IMG/VR virus record: IMGVR_UViG_3300037418_002332
DNA: 64,000 nt
Reading direction: 5' to 3' (one strand)
Source: a virus
Lineage: Duplodnaviria; Caudoviricetes
A program made the position numbers and the translations under genes. Shown piece after piece: positions 36,754-46,918 of this stretch (position 1 is the stretch's first letter; each line of letters begins with the position of its first letter). The notes below the pieces were generated by a model that was not told the origin of the DNA, did not search any database, and saw only the letters and a program-made list of their open reading frames with translations.

Positions 36754-37572
36754 ATGAAGAAACTAATCGATTACATTGATAACGAAAAGTTGTCAAAATT
36801 CACTGAAAATGCAAAGTCTATCTTAACTAAAAAGATGGAAGCAGCAGTTGACAACGAACGTTTCGAAGTTGCTGCAAACTTCTTCGGTCCAATTACCGAA
36901 TCAGATGATTATGAAGAAGCTGAACCAAATATGGATGTTGACATCGATCCAGAAGACTGGGATGAAGACGAAATTGCTGAACTTGAAGCAATTGTTTGGG
37001 ACGAAGATGACGACGGCGACATCGATGAAGATGACGTCAGTGATTTGACTTACGAACAAGTTGTATATGCTGTAGAACGTGCAGAACAACTTGATGAAAT
37101 ATCAAAGAAGCTTCTTGGTTCATATGTTGATGCTGCTGCCGATGATTTGAAATTCACTGCTAGACAAGGTGGAAGAGAACATGCAAGAGGTGAAAATACC
37201 AAAAAATCTTATGATGCAGCAAATAAGCGTCTTAAAGGAATTCGTATGGCAACTAAGAAGTTGACCAAAGAACAAGTTGAACATCTCGTTGAACTTTCAA
37301 GAAAAACTCTTGCATCATACACCAGAAAAGCTGCTGATGACATGGCTTCAAAGCATGGTGAAAACCTTTCAAATAGAAAGGATCACGAAGCAAGACAAAA
37401 TAAATTGAACAATGCTGAACATAATGCTGATTGGGAAACTAAGCAACATTTGAGAAAAGCTGCTCAAGCAGACAGAGATGTTGGACATGAAAAAGAAAAC
37501 AAATTGAGAAGAGGCATTTTCAAAAGATCTATTGGCATCAAGAGAGCAACTGATAGATTGGCAAAGGACTAA
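36754..37572 (+). CDS. Prohead core protein (gp67/gp68-like position) with two C-terminal basic modules
   Basis: Directly upstream of gp21; helical N-terminus (...ERFEVAANFF), very acidic middle, then QLDE|ISKKLLGSYV... and LVE|LSRKTLASYT... modules. Confidence 0.65.
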   Translation: MKKLIDYIDNEKLSKFTENAKSILTKKMEAAVDNERFEVAANFFGPITESDDYEEAEPNMDVDIDPEDWDEDEIAELEAIVWDEDDDGDIDEDDVSDLTYEQVVYAVERAEQLDEISKKLLGSYVDAAADDLKFTARQGGREHARGENTKKSYDAANKRLKGIRMATKKLTKEQVEHLVELSRKTLASYTRKAADDMASKHGENLSNRKDHEARQNKLNNAEHNADWETKQHLRKAAQADRDVGHEKENKLRRGIFKRSIGIKRATDRLAKD

Positions 37573-37578
37573 TCATCA

Positions 37579-38232
37579 ATGAAACTACTTAGAGAAATCA
37601 ACGAACAAGTTGAATACCTTACAGAAGCTGATGCTAAAACTGGCAATAAGAAGTATATTCTGGAAGGAATTTTCCTTCAAGGTAATCTAAAAAACAAAAA
37701 TGGTAGAATTTATCCTGTTGACGTTCTTGAAAACGAAGTAAATCGATACAATGAACAATATGTCAACAAGAATAGAGCATATGGTGAATTGGATCACCCA
37801 TCTACACCATCTATCAATTTGTCAAATGCAAGTCACGTCATTACTGAACTTACAAAAGTTGGTGACAACTTCATTGGTAAAGCACGTGTTCTTACTGAAA
37901 CTACAAAAGGCAAAACTGTAAAAGCCATCATGGATGAAGGTTTGTCTCTTGGTGTTTCATCAAGAGGTATGGGTGCCTTGAAAGAAGACAAGTCAGGTTC
38001 AAAAGTTGTTGAACAATACTTCTTGACAACTGCTGCTGACATTGTTGCTGATCCTTCTGCTCCTGATGCATTTCCAGAAAATGTATTTGAAAATGTTGAA
38101 TGGATTTTGACTAATGAAGGTTGGATTAAGCAAGAAGCTGGATTCAAACTTGTTCAAGAAATGAAACAAAAGTCTAAAGTTGAACGTGAAGAACAGTTCT
38201 TCAGAGCGTTTAAAGCACTTTTGAACAGCTAA
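37579..38232 (+). CDS. gp21: Prohead protease gp21
   Basis: LEGIFLQG..KN.NGRIYP..VLE.EV.RY...RA.GELDHP...SH.I...GKA.V...T.GK...GVSSRG.G...DIVADPSAPDAF. Confidence 0.96.
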   Translation: MKLLREINEQVEYLTEADAKTGNKKYILEGIFLQGNLKNKNGRIYPVDVLENEVNRYNEQYVNKNRAYGELDHPSTPSINLSNASHVITELTKVGDNFIGKARVLTETTKGKTVKAIMDEGLSLGVSSRGMGALKEDKSGSKVVEQYFLTTAADIVADPSAPDAFPENVFENVEWILTNEGWIKQEAGFKLVQEMKQKSKVEREEQFFRAFKALLNS

Positions 38233-38244
38233 GAACTACACTCT

Positions 38245-38252
38245 TATAAATA
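38245..38252 (+). promoter_or_regulatory. T4 late promoter TATAAATA for gp22
   Basis: Exact consensus in the intergenic region. Confidence 0.85.
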
Positions 38253-38283
38253 AACCATAAGAAATACTTCTAAGGAGATTAAA

Positions 38284-39492
38284 ATGGCTAAAAAGCTTGA
38301 AGAACTTTTGAAAGAACAAGAAGATGAACTTCTTCAAGGTTCAGATGAAGCAACAGACGAATTGAACGAAGAAGCTGTTGATGACGAAGCATCTGATGAA
38401 GTTGATGCTCCAGAAGCTGAACTTGAAGACGAAGAAGACGCTGAAGAAGTCGAAGAAGCTGCATATCCTTCAATCGATTTCCAAAAGGAAAAAGTTAAGG
38501 GCGGAAAAGGCGGCAAGGCTGTTTATCCAACCGTTGACTTCAAGAAATCTGTAGCAAAAGGTGGTGCTCAACAACCTGGTAAAATGGCGAAAGTCGATTT
38601 CAAGGGTGATAGAGACGGCAACACCAATAAAAAGACTCCAGTTGATCCAGAATCATATCCAAAAGTTAGACCAAACTTCGAACCTGAAGTTGTTGCTAAC
38701 ATGACCAGAGAAGATATCTCTGACGAAACAAGAGCGCATCTTGCTAGCTTGTTCGCAGGTGAAGAACTTTCTGAAGAATTCATTGCGAAAGTACAAGAAA
38801 TTTTTGAAGCAGCTGTTATCGTAACTGCTCAAGAAGCTCTTAACGCAAAAGTAAAAGAAATTGTTGAAAAGTATGAAGCTTCATTCGAAACAGTTCTTGA
38901 AACTGCAGAAGCTGAAGTTGAAACTTACAAGCAAGAATTGAATGAAAAGTCAGACGCATACTTTGATTACGTTGTTGAACAATGGGTTGAAGAAAACAAA
39001 CCAGCTGTTCATGCAAATATCAAGTCTGATTTGACTGAATCATTCATCAAAGGTCTACAAAATCTATTCGTCGAACATTACATTGATATCCCTGACGACA
39101 AAGTAGAAGTTGTGGAAGAAATGGTTGAAGAACTTGAAGCACTTCGTGATCGTAACGAAGAAATTCTTCATGAAAATCTTCAATTGAAGACTGAAGCCAA
39201 GAACGTCGTTAAGTCATTCTTGATCAGAGAGCATACAAAGGACCTTTCAGAAAACGAAAGAGAAAAGTTCCAAGCTTTGGCTGAACATATTTCTTTCGAT
39301 GATGAAAAATCTTTCCAAGGCAAATTGAGTGAAATCAGTGACACATATTTCAATGAATCAGTTGTTGTTGAGTCATCCCTTGAAGATGATACACCATTGG
39401 AAACTATCGAAGAAGAAGTGAAACCAGTTGGTAAAGAACTAACTGAAGTTGAAAGTATGGCTGCAATGATGACTAAGTTCCTCAAAAAATAA
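38284..39492 (+). CDS. gp22: Prohead core scaffold protein gp22
   Basis: Acidic coiled coil; LF.GEELSEEF..K...IFEAAV, Y.DYVVEQW.EEN..A....IK..L.ESFI.GL..LF.EHYID.P; lies between gp21 and gp23. Confidence 0.92.
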   Translation: MAKKLEELLKEQEDELLQGSDEATDELNEEAVDDEASDEVDAPEAELEDEEDAEEVEEAAYPSIDFQKEKVKGGKGGKAVYPTVDFKKSVAKGGAQQPGKMAKVDFKGDRDGNTNKKTPVDPESYPKVRPNFEPEVVANMTREDISDETRAHLASLFAGEELSEEFIAKVQEIFEAAVIVTAQEALNAKVKEIVEKYEASFETVLETAEAEVETYKQELNEKSDAYFDYVVEQWVEENKPAVHANIKSDLTESFIKGLQNLFVEHYIDIPDDKVEVVEEMVEELEALRDRNEEILHENLQLKTEAKNVVKSFLIREHTKDLSENEREKFQALAEHISFDDEKSFQGKLSEISDTYFNESVVVESSLEDDTPLETIEEEVKPVGKELTEVESMAAMMTKFLKK

Positions 39493-39497
39493 AAAAA

Positions 39498-39505
39498 TAT
39501 AAATA
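39498..39505 (+). promoter_or_regulatory. T4 late promoter TATAAATA for gp23
   Basis: Exact consensus upstream of AAGGAG and the gp23 ATG. Confidence 0.88.
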
Positions 39506-39535
39506 ATCGGAATAAATTTAAAGGAGTTAAATTCT

Positions 39536-40891
39536 ATGAATAATGAACTTGAAAAGCTTTTGGAAAAGTGGAACCCAGTTCTCGACCTTGATGGTCTTCC
39601 AAAAATTGCTGATTACCATAAAAGAGCAACTACAGCAGTTCTGCTTGAAAACCAAGCAGTTGCTAACAAAGAAACAGTTCGTAGAGAACCATCCCTTTCT
39701 TTGACTTACTTGATGGAAGCTGCTCCAACAAACAGCATGGGTACTTCAGAAGCAGGTACTGGTAACATCGATTACCAAGACCCAATCTTGATCTCCCTTG
39801 TTCGTCGTTCAATGCCTAACTTGATGGCATATGACGTTTGCGGCGTTCAACCAATGACTGGCCCAACCGGCTTGATCTTTGCTCTTAGATCACGTTACTC
39901 AGCTCAAGATGGTATCGAAGCTTTGTTCAACGAAGCTAACACCACTTTCGCTGCATCTGCTGCAGGTAACACTGCTTCAGTAACTGCTGCTGGTTTGCAC
40001 ACCGGTGCTGATCCTTCCCTTCTTATCTCATCAGGTAATACTGCTTACTTGACTGGTAGAGGTATGTCAACTGCTGCTCTTGAAGCACTTGGCGATAAGT
40101 CAACCAACGCTTTCCAAGAAATGTCAATGAGTCTTGAAAAGATCGCCGTTACTGCGGAAGCAAGAGGCGTCAAGGCTGAATATACCCATGAACTTTCACA
40201 AGACTTGAAGGCAACTCACGGTCTTGATGCTGAAAGCGAATTGGCTAACATCCTTTCAAAGGAAATCTTGGCTGAAATCAACCGTCAAGTTATTCGTTCT
40301 ATCTATACAACTGCTACCATTGGTGCACAACAAGGCGGTCTTGCGCAAGCTGGTTACTTCGACCTTGATGTTGACTCAAACGGTCGTTGGATGGAAGAAA
40401 AGTTCAAAGGCTTGATGTATCAAATCGAAAGAGAATGTAACGCTATTGCGCAAGCAACTCGTCAAGGTCGTGGTAACTTCATTATCACTTCTTCAGACGT
40501 TGCATCCGCTCTTTCAATGATCGGTATCTTGAAGTCAACTGATGGTCCTGACCTTCAAGTTGATGACACTGGTAACGTTTTTGCAGGTACCATCCTTGGT
40601 AAGATTAAGGTCTTCATCGACCCTTACTTCACCTCAAACGCTGGTAACAACTTCATCGCCGTCGGTTACAAGGGTTCATCACCTTTCGACGCTGGTATGT
40701 TCTACTGCCCATACGTTCCTTTGACCATGTACAGAACTCAAGGTCAAGATAACTTCCAACCAAAGATTGGTTTCAAAACCAGATACGCTCTCGCAGCGCA
40801 TCCTTTTGCTACCACCGCTGCGGATGGTAAAGTTCATGTTAACAAGAAGAACAAGTACTACAGATTGTTCGCTGTTAAGAACCTTACATAA
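39536..40891 (+). CDS. gp23: Major capsid protein gp23
   Basis: EKWNPVLD...LLENQ...DPILISLVRR.MPNL.AYD.CGVQPMTGPTGLIFALR...QDLKA.HGLDAE.ELANILS.EILAEINR...YCPYVPL...FQPKIGFKTRY. Confidence 0.98.
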   Translation: MNNELEKLLEKWNPVLDLDGLPKIADYHKRATTAVLLENQAVANKETVRREPSLSLTYLMEAAPTNSMGTSEAGTGNIDYQDPILISLVRRSMPNLMAYDVCGVQPMTGPTGLIFALRSRYSAQDGIEALFNEANTTFAASAAGNTASVTAAGLHTGADPSLLISSGNTAYLTGRGMSTAALEALGDKSTNAFQEMSMSLEKIAVTAEARGVKAEYTHELSQDLKATHGLDAESELANILSKEILAEINRQVIRSIYTTATIGAQQGGLAQAGYFDLDVDSNGRWMEEKFKGLMYQIERECNAIAQATRQGRGNFIITSSDVASALSMIGILKSTDGPDLQVDDTGNVFAGTILGKIKVFIDPYFTSNAGNNFIAVGYKGSSPFDAGMFYCPYVPLTMYRTQGQDNFQPKIGFKTRYALAAHPFATTAADGKVHVNKKNKYYRLFAVKNLT

Positions 40892-40915
40892 TAAAAAACT
40901 TGAATACCTCACTAG

Positions 40916-40942
40916 AGGGGAGCTTCGGCTCCCCTTTTTTTT
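40916..40942 (+). terminator. Intrinsic terminator after gp23
   Basis: AGGGGAGC-TTCG-GCTCCCCT followed by a T run. Confidence 0.92.
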
Positions 40943-40946
40943 GTGC

Positions 40947-40954
40947 AATAAATA
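40947..40954 (+). promoter_or_regulatory. Late promoter variant AATAAATA for gp3
   Basis: Directly downstream of the terminator. Confidence 0.6.
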
Positions 40955-40978
40955 TGCCTGAAACCAAGAGGAAAGTAA

Positions 40979-41515
40979 ATGCCTGAAACTCAACAAGTTA
41001 GCTTAAACAATGAACTTCACGCGGATAAATTCAAACTCACATTCCGTGAAATTCTCAATACTGAAATTCTATGTCAAGGTGTTTCAATTCCTGGTGTCAC
41101 TGGTGTTGGCCTTGAAATACCAAATTCAATTAATAAGCTTTTCGTGCAGGGTACAAAGTTGGACTATGAATTGTTTACTATACAATTCAAGGTTGATGAA
41201 AATTTGACTACTTGGAAGGAAATTTATCATTGGCTTTTGGCAATCTATGCTCCACAATCAAGAGAGCAATTTGTAAAGTTCCAAAAAGATTTGAAAATGC
41301 CAGTGGTGGGTAATGGTAACAAATTCGGATATGACTGCACTCTTCATAGTTTGAAGAACTCATTCAACCCAAATATGGAAATTCATTTTGTCAATTGCTT
41401 TCCTGTTTCTTTAAGTGCAATTGACTTCACACTTGAGTCTTCTGAAATTATCAAAGCCCAAGCAAGTTTCAGATATGATTACTTCTATTTCTCTGACATG
41501 CGAGTTCCCACTTAA
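40979..41515 (+). CDS. gp3: Tail tube terminator / sheath stabilizer gp3
   Basis: F.L......CQ.V.IPG...G.KLDY....I.F.VDE....W.EI..W...F..CFPVSLS.IDF...A...FRYDYF. Confidence 0.85.
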   Translation: MPETQQVSLNNELHADKFKLTFREILNTEILCQGVSIPGVTGVGLEIPNSINKLFVQGTKLDYELFTIQFKVDENLTTWKEIYHWLLAIYAPQSREQFVKFQKDLKMPVVGNGNKFGYDCTLHSLKNSFNPNMEIHFVNCFPVSLSAIDFTLESSEIIKAQASFRYDYFYFSDMRVPT

Positions 41516-41532
41516 GAGCTCATACGAACGGA

Positions 41533-41641
41533 GGGTTAACAAGTCAGTTAACTCAATCACCGATATCAACAGGCTTTTAACATACTTCTTGCTTAACATT
41601 TTTCGGCATTTCATGCCTCAAAAGTTAACGCGAGCGCGAGG
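41533..41641 (+). other. Conserved non-coding element, copy B (homologous to 1633-1721)
   Basis: GGGTTAACAAGTCA...TTTTTCGGCATTTCATGCCTCAAAAGTTAACGCGAGCGCGAGG. Confidence 0.7.
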
Positions 41642-41670
41642 CTTGTAGATGTAGCGGATTTTTGACCCTG

Positions 41671-41678
41671 AATAAATA
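41671..41678 (+). promoter_or_regulatory. Late promoter variant AATAAATA upstream of uvsY
   Basis: Intergenic, followed by a T-rich tract. Confidence 0.5.
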
Positions 41679-41771
41679 GGTCACGTAATTCTTTTTTCTA
41701 TGTATTTAATTTTACTATGTATTTTCTTCGACAACTGTTTAATCTATACTATGCCAAAATTGGAGATAACT

Positions 41772-42200
41772 ATGCATCTATCTGACTATCAAAATGAATG
41801 GAAAAACGATGCCAAAATCGTAAGTGATGCGCTTGATTCAGAATCATTGAACATCCCTGTACTTCATTCTAAATATTTGACATATCTGTCAAACGAACGC
41901 CGACTGTATAAAAAATTAGCGATAACCAAGGAATCAAAAATTGTCACCCTGACTGATTATTATTCAGGAGTGATTGATGGGAGAGACATTGGTCGTCAAC
42001 CATGGGCAATTCGTGAAGGAAGCAAAGCTTCGGTTCAAAAACGAGTTGAGGGTGACGCAGAAATTTTGAAAATTCAGAATGTGCTAGATGAAAAAGAAGA
42101 GATTGTTTTGTTCTTGAAAGAAGTGATTATCTCAATCAACCAAAGAAATTTCATAATCAAAAATGCAATTGACTACATGAGGTGGTCACAGGGAAATTAA
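41772..42200 (+). CDS. uvsY: Recombination mediator UvsY
   Basis: W..D..I...LD.ES..IP.LHSKY...YYSG...K......D..I......L..I..R...IKNAID..RW..G; start set at ATG 41772 after GGAG. Confidence 0.9.
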   Translation: MHLSDYQNEWKNDAKIVSDALDSESLNIPVLHSKYLTYLSNERRLYKKLAITKESKIVTLTDYYSGVIDGRDIGRQPWAIREGSKASVQKRVEGDAEILKIQNVLDEKEEIVLFLKEVIISINQRNFIIKNAIDYMRWSQGN

Positions 42201-42202
42201 TA

Positions 42203-43675
42203 TTGACTGAAATAATAAAAGTAACAAAAGTCAGTGAAGTATATCTAAAAATTGAATGTAGCCAAGGTTGTAAACAGGAATTGCAAGAATATTTCTCATT
42301 CTTTGCACCCAATTACAGATTTCATCCAAAGTACAAAAATAGAATGTGGGACGGCAAAATCAAACTGTTCAACATGAAGACATGTAAGTTGTATGTTGGA
42401 TTGATGCAAAAAGTTGCCATATTCTGTAAAGAACGTGGTTATGGTTTGGAATGTGATTTTCAACCAACTGACAAAAGCTTTTCAGTCAATGAATTTGAAG
42501 AGTTCATCAATGATTTGAGTCTTGGTAAGAAACCACGTGATTACCAACAAGAAGCAGTCATTAGAGCTATTAGAAAGAAACGAGTTACATTTCTCAGTCC
42601 TACCGCTTCTGGTAAATCATTCATCATCTATCTTATTTTGAGAATCCTTGGAGTCAAGTCACTCCTTATTGTTCCAACAACCGCACTGTGTCTTCAGATG
42701 AAATCCGACTTTGCGGAATATTCAGAAAACGATGATAATTGGTATGTTGAAGACAAAGTTTCAATTATCATGGGTGGTTATTCAAAAGATAACCTGAAAG
42801 ACATCACCGTATCAACCTGGCAATCACTCGATGAAATGCCAAAGGCTTGGTTTGACGAAAACGACTTCCAATGCGTTATACTTGATGAAGCTCATGGTGG
42901 TAAAGCGGCTTCTATCGGAAAAATTATGGAAGCAATCGAATGGGCTCCATATCGTATTGGTTTGACTGGTACACTGGATGATACCCAAATGTCTGAACTG
43001 ACTATCACTGGTCTATTCGGACCAATCTACGAAGTCACCGAAACTAAAACTCTGATTGAGAACAAAACTCTCAGTGATTTGAAAGTGAAGTGTATCCTGT
43101 TCAACTACAGTGACCAAACTAAAAAGACTATGCAACGAGATTATCAATCTGAAATCGACTTGTTGGTTGGACATAAGAAGCGCAATGACTTCCTAGTCAA
43201 TTTGGCATTATCATTGAAAGGCAATACTCTTTTACTTTTTGGAAGAGTTGACGCCCATGGTAAACCATTATATGAACAATTGAAAAATAACACCAAGGGC
43301 AAAAAGGTGTTCTTCGTGGCTGGTGAAATCAGTCCGAAGATTCGTGAAGAAATTCGTAAAACAGTTGAGGAAGAAAAGAAAGACTGTATCATTGTAGCTT
43401 CTACTGGTACATTCTCAACTGGTACAAACATTATCAATCTTCACAATATCATCCAAGCCCACCCAACTAAATCCAAAATCAAAATTCTCCAAAGCATTGG
43501 TAGAGGTTTGAGAAAAGGAGATGACAAAACTGAATGTACATATTTCGACATATCAGATGACTTGACATGGAAAAGCAAAAAGAATTACACTTACAACCAC
43601 TTCCTTGAACGTTTGAAAATCTACGTCAAAAGTGGGTTCAACTACAAACTGTACAAAGTCGATCTGGAGCAATAA
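42203..43675 (+). CDS. uvsW: DNA helicase UvsW
   Basis: F.F..PNY.F.PKY....WDGKI.LF; PRDYQ; SPTASGKS; LIVPTT.L..QM; DEAH; GLTGTL; FSTG.NI.NLHN; LQSIGR.LRK. Start is TTG 42203 or GTG 42182. Confidence 0.95.
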   Translation: MTEIIKVTKVSEVYLKIECSQGCKQELQEYFSFFAPNYRFHPKYKNRMWDGKIKLFNMKTCKLYVGLMQKVAIFCKERGYGLECDFQPTDKSFSVNEFEEFINDLSLGKKPRDYQQEAVIRAIRKKRVTFLSPTASGKSFIIYLILRILGVKSLLIVPTTALCLQMKSDFAEYSENDDNWYVEDKVSIIMGGYSKDNLKDITVSTWQSLDEMPKAWFDENDFQCVILDEAHGGKAASIGKIMEAIEWAPYRIGLTGTLDDTQMSELTITGLFGPIYEVTETKTLIENKTLSDLKVKCILFNYSDQTKKTMQRDYQSEIDLLVGHKKRNDFLVNLALSLKGNTLLLFGRVDAHGKPLYEQLKNNTKGKKVFFVAGEISPKIREEIRKTVEEEKKDCIIVASTGTFSTGTNIINLHNIIQAHPTKSKIKILQSIGRGLRKGDDKTECTYFDISDDLTWKSKKNYTYNHFLERLKIYVKSGFNYKLYKVDLEQ

Positions 43676-44172
43676 TGAGCAAATATATTGACAATAAGAA
43701 ATTTTTTGTCGAAATTACCAAATACGTTGAAGTCTATAATTTGAGAGAAAAGGAAGGCAAAGAATTGCCACGTCTAACAGAATATCTTGGGGATTGTTTT
43801 CTCAAGATAGCAACTAATTTAGCATTGAAATACAACTTCGCATCATATAAATTTAAAGACGAAATGATTTCGGATGGTTATTTCGATTGCATCCGCTATG
43901 CACATAAGTTTGACGAAACTAAAACAAAAAACCCATTCGCTTACTTTACGCAAATTTGTTGGTATGCATTCATCCGTAAAATCCAAAAGGAAAAGAAAGT
44001 TTTGTACACCAAATACAAAGCAATCAATAATTCCGAATTGTTCGGTCTTCTTCACACCCATGCTGATGCAGATGATCTAAGCATTATCAATGACATCGGA
44101 TATAGTGAAGGCGCACGTGAGAACATGGATAACTTCATTCGCGAATATGAGGCGAAACATCCAAAAGGATAA
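43675..44172 (+). CDS. gp55: Late sigma factor gp55
   Basis: YIDNK.F......Y...YLG.CFLKIA..L....NF..Y.FK.EMISDG...CIRY...FD..K..NPFAYFTQI.WYAF.R.I.KEKK. Confidence 0.95.
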   Translation: MSKYIDNKKFFVEITKYVEVYNLREKEGKELPRLTEYLGDCFLKIATNLALKYNFASYKFKDEMISDGYFDCIRYAHKFDETKTKNPFAYFTQICWYAFIRKIQKEKKVLYTKYKAINNSELFGLLHTHADADDLSIINDIGYSEGARENMDNFIREYEAKHPKG

Positions 44173-44174
44173 TA

Positions 44175-45221
44175 ATGAACAAAAAAGTAGCTCTCATCAC
44201 TGATACACATATCGGTCTGAGAAACTCATCCCCATATTTTCTCAATAAGCAAAAGCAATTCTTCGAGGAAATATTTTTTCCAACAATTGATCAAGAAGAA
44301 ATCGACACCGTCATCCATTTGGGTGACGTTTTCGATAAACAGACGAACATCAAATTCACAGTGTTTGATGAAGCAACAAAGTTCTTCTTTGATGAAATTG
44401 CCAAACGCAAACTTGATTTTCATATCATCGTTGGAAATCATGATTGCCCATACCGCAACACCAACACTCCCAATGCACCTGAACTTCTATTGAAGCGTGG
44501 ATATGATTTCCACGTCTACGATGGACCAACTGAGGTGAATATCAAGGGAAACAATTTCTGTTTTATTCCATGGGTCAATGTTGAAAATACTGTTGCAACT
44601 AATCAACTGATTGAAAAAACAAATGCCAATTATCTATTTGGTCATTTGGAAATCATCGGTTTTACGATGGTCAAAGGTTCAGTGAGCGAAAAAGGTTTTG
44701 ATCGCAAATCACTTTCGAAATTCGAAAAAGTGTTCAGTGGTCATTTCCATCATCGTTCACAGGAAAACAACATTTGGTATTTGGGCAATCCATATGAAAC
44801 AACATGGGCTGATTTTGAAAATCAAAAAGGTTTTCATATCTTTGATTTGGACGATTATTCACTTCGTCGCATTGATAATCCATATCATAGTCATGTTTAC
44901 ATCACAAAGTTCGAACAAGTTATTGAAGATGATTTAGCAAATCAAATTGTCAAAATTGACTTGACTGATATGACCGATGAGGAAGTTGACAAAACATATA
45001 AGGCACTGGACAATTTCCAGAAAAAGCCTGAATCAGTGTTGTTCATCAACAAAGCTAATTTTACTGAGTTTGCAGATGCTGATACTGATGATTTGGCAAT
45101 TACAACGACTAAAGACATCATGGTTGATTATATCAAGTCTATGGAAGATGAAAATAGAAAAATGGATGAACTTGTTGAATATATGAAGGAATTGTATGAA
45201 AGGGCATTGGAAGTCGAATGA
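44175..45221 (+). CDS. gp47: Recombination endonuclease subunit gp47 (Mre11/SbcD-like)
   Basis: ITDTH.G, HLGDVFD, GNHD, GHLE..GF, FSGHFH, YLG.PYE.TW.D. Confidence 0.95.
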   Translation: MNKKVALITDTHIGLRNSSPYFLNKQKQFFEEIFFPTIDQEEIDTVIHLGDVFDKQTNIKFTVFDEATKFFFDEIAKRKLDFHIIVGNHDCPYRNTNTPNAPELLLKRGYDFHVYDGPTEVNIKGNNFCFIPWVNVENTVATNQLIEKTNANYLFGHLEIIGFTMVKGSVSEKGFDRKSLSKFEKVFSGHFHHRSQENNIWYLGNPYETTWADFENQKGFHIFDLDDYSLRRIDNPYHSHVYITKFEQVIEDDLANQIVKIDLTDMTDEEVDKTYKALDNFQKKPESVLFINKANFTEFADADTDDLAITTTKDIMVDYIKSMEDENRKMDELVEYMKELYERALEVE

Positions 45222-46918
45222 TCAGATTTTTAAGAATTTCATACAAAAATTTCTTTTCAATTGGTAATTTTCCAATTGAAATTGATCTGACTGCAAACCA
45301 TTCCACCTTGATTATCGGTACGAATGGCGTGGGCAAATCCACGTTCGTTTCAGCTATCTGTTTCGCTCTTTATGGTAAGCCATACAAGGAAGTTTTGAAA
45401 GGATCAATCATCAACTCAATCAACAAAAAGGATTTGTTAGTTGAGATTGAGTTTGATATTGGTTCAGAACATTATAAAATCATCCGAGGTATGAAACCAA
45501 ACATCTTCGAAATATATTTGAACGATGTACTTTTGAATGTCGATAACAAAGCCATTGATTACCAGGAACATCTTGAGAAAAACATTATCAAGATGAGCTT
45601 CCATACATTCAAGCAAATTGTAGTCATCGGTAATAGCGGTTTCACTCCTTTCCTTCAGCTTCCGACCGGCCAACGTCGAGATATGATCGAAAACATCCTG
45701 GATATGACAATTTTCAGTATCATGAATGTTTTATGTAAAGATGATGTAAATCATCTGAATATCAAACGACAAGAATTGGAACGGGAAATATTCGAACTCG
45801 GAATCAAGATTGGTGCCGAAAATGATAAAATAAAGTTCATCGAAGAACAAAATAAAAGTACAAATGTAACTACAAAGAAAAATCTTCTACTTGAACAAAT
45901 CACTCCGAAGGAAAATTTGATTCTAAAAATTCCGACCGAGTTTCCAGATTTACAACCTGAGATCATCAAACTCAACGATACGCTTCGTGCCTTTGATAAG
46001 AAGGAAACGACTACGAACACTGAAATGACTTTTCTTCAAAAGGAAATTCATTTATTGAGTTGTGGTACGTGCCCGACCTGTAAGCAAGAGATCGCTGAAT
46101 CCTTCAAAGCGCAACGCATGGCTGCCATTGAGGTTGAAACTGCTTCTAAGCAAGAATTGCTAAAAAAGGTGGAAAAGGCAAAAAACTCGGTAAGTACCAC
46201 GCTGAGTGAAAAACAGGCTAAAAAAGATAAGCAAGATCAACTAGTTAGAATGCGAGAAAAGCTGGAAATCGAACTTTCAGCACTAAAAGCGGAAATCGAC
46301 CGTTTGGAAGAAAAATCAGAATTGACGAGCATACAAGCCAATTTAGATGAAATTAAGGAACTTAATGATTCCTTGAACGTTAAAAAAGATGGCCAATCTC
46401 AGGCCGTCAAAGATATTGAACTGCGTAAGATGGCTCTTCAGGTTCTGAAGGACAATGGAGTCAAATCAAAAATCATTCGGACATATATCCCTTTGATCAA
46501 CCAGTTCATTAATGAATATCTCGAACAGATGAATTTTTATGTCTCATTCGAGATCGATGAAAACTTTGACGAAACGATCAAATCCAGACATCGCGACGTT
46601 TTCACATACAACAATTTTTCCGATGGCGAAAAGGCTCGTATCGATCTGGCCTTCCTGTTCGCTTGGAGAAAAATTTCAAAACTGCGCAATGGCATCTCAA
46701 CAAACCTGTTGATTTTGGATGAGGTATTTTCAGGCAGTTTGGATTATTCCGGCATTGAGGATTTGAATCTGATCCTCAAAAATCTTGAAGATAGCAACGT
46801 CTTCGTCATCACTCACCGGCTTGAGGGTGCCATTGAGAAATTTGAATCCGTAATCGAATTCGAAAAAGAAAAAAATTTCACGCAAATTTCTAGGAACAGC
46901 AATGCAGTACAATCTTGA
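45218..46918 (+). CDS. gp46: Recombination ATPase subunit gp46 (Rad50/SbcC-like)
   Basis: KNFFS.GN, G.NG.GKST, CPTC zinc hook, FS.GEK.RIDLA, LILDEVF.GSLD. Confidence 0.95.
   Translation: MIRFLRISYKNFFSIGNFPIEIDLTANHSTLIIGTNGVGKSTFVSAICFALYGKPYKEVLKGSIINSINKKDLLVEIEFDIGSEHYKIIRGMKPNIFEIYLNDVLLNVDNKAIDYQEHLEKNIIKMSFHTFKQIVVIGNSGFTPFLQLPTGQRRDMIENILDMTIFSIMNVLCKDDVNHLNIKRQELEREIFELGIKIGAENDKIKFIEEQNKSTNVTTKKNLLLEQITPKENLILKIPTEFPDLQPEIIKLNDTLRAFDKKETTTNTEMTFLQKEIHLLSCGTCPTCKQEIAESFKAQRMAAIEVETASKQELLKKVEKAKNSVSTTLSEKQAKKDKQDQLVRMREKLEIELSALKAEIDRLEEKSELTSIQANLDEIKELNDSLNVKKDGQSQAVKDIELRKMALQVLKDNGVKSKIIRTYIPLINQFINEYLEQMNFYVSFEIDENFDETIKSRHRDVFTYNNFSDGEKARIDLAFLFAWRKISKLRNGISTNLLILDEVFSGSLDYSGIEDLNLILKNLEDSNVFVITHRLEGAIEKFESVIEFEKEKNFTQISRNSNAVQS

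Noticed and set aside
40954-40989. 11-bp direct repeat ATGCCTGAAAC creating an out-of-frame 10-codon uORF before gp3
   Set aside because: The first copy overlaps the late promoter box and would lie upstream of the expected start site; probably a small local duplication.
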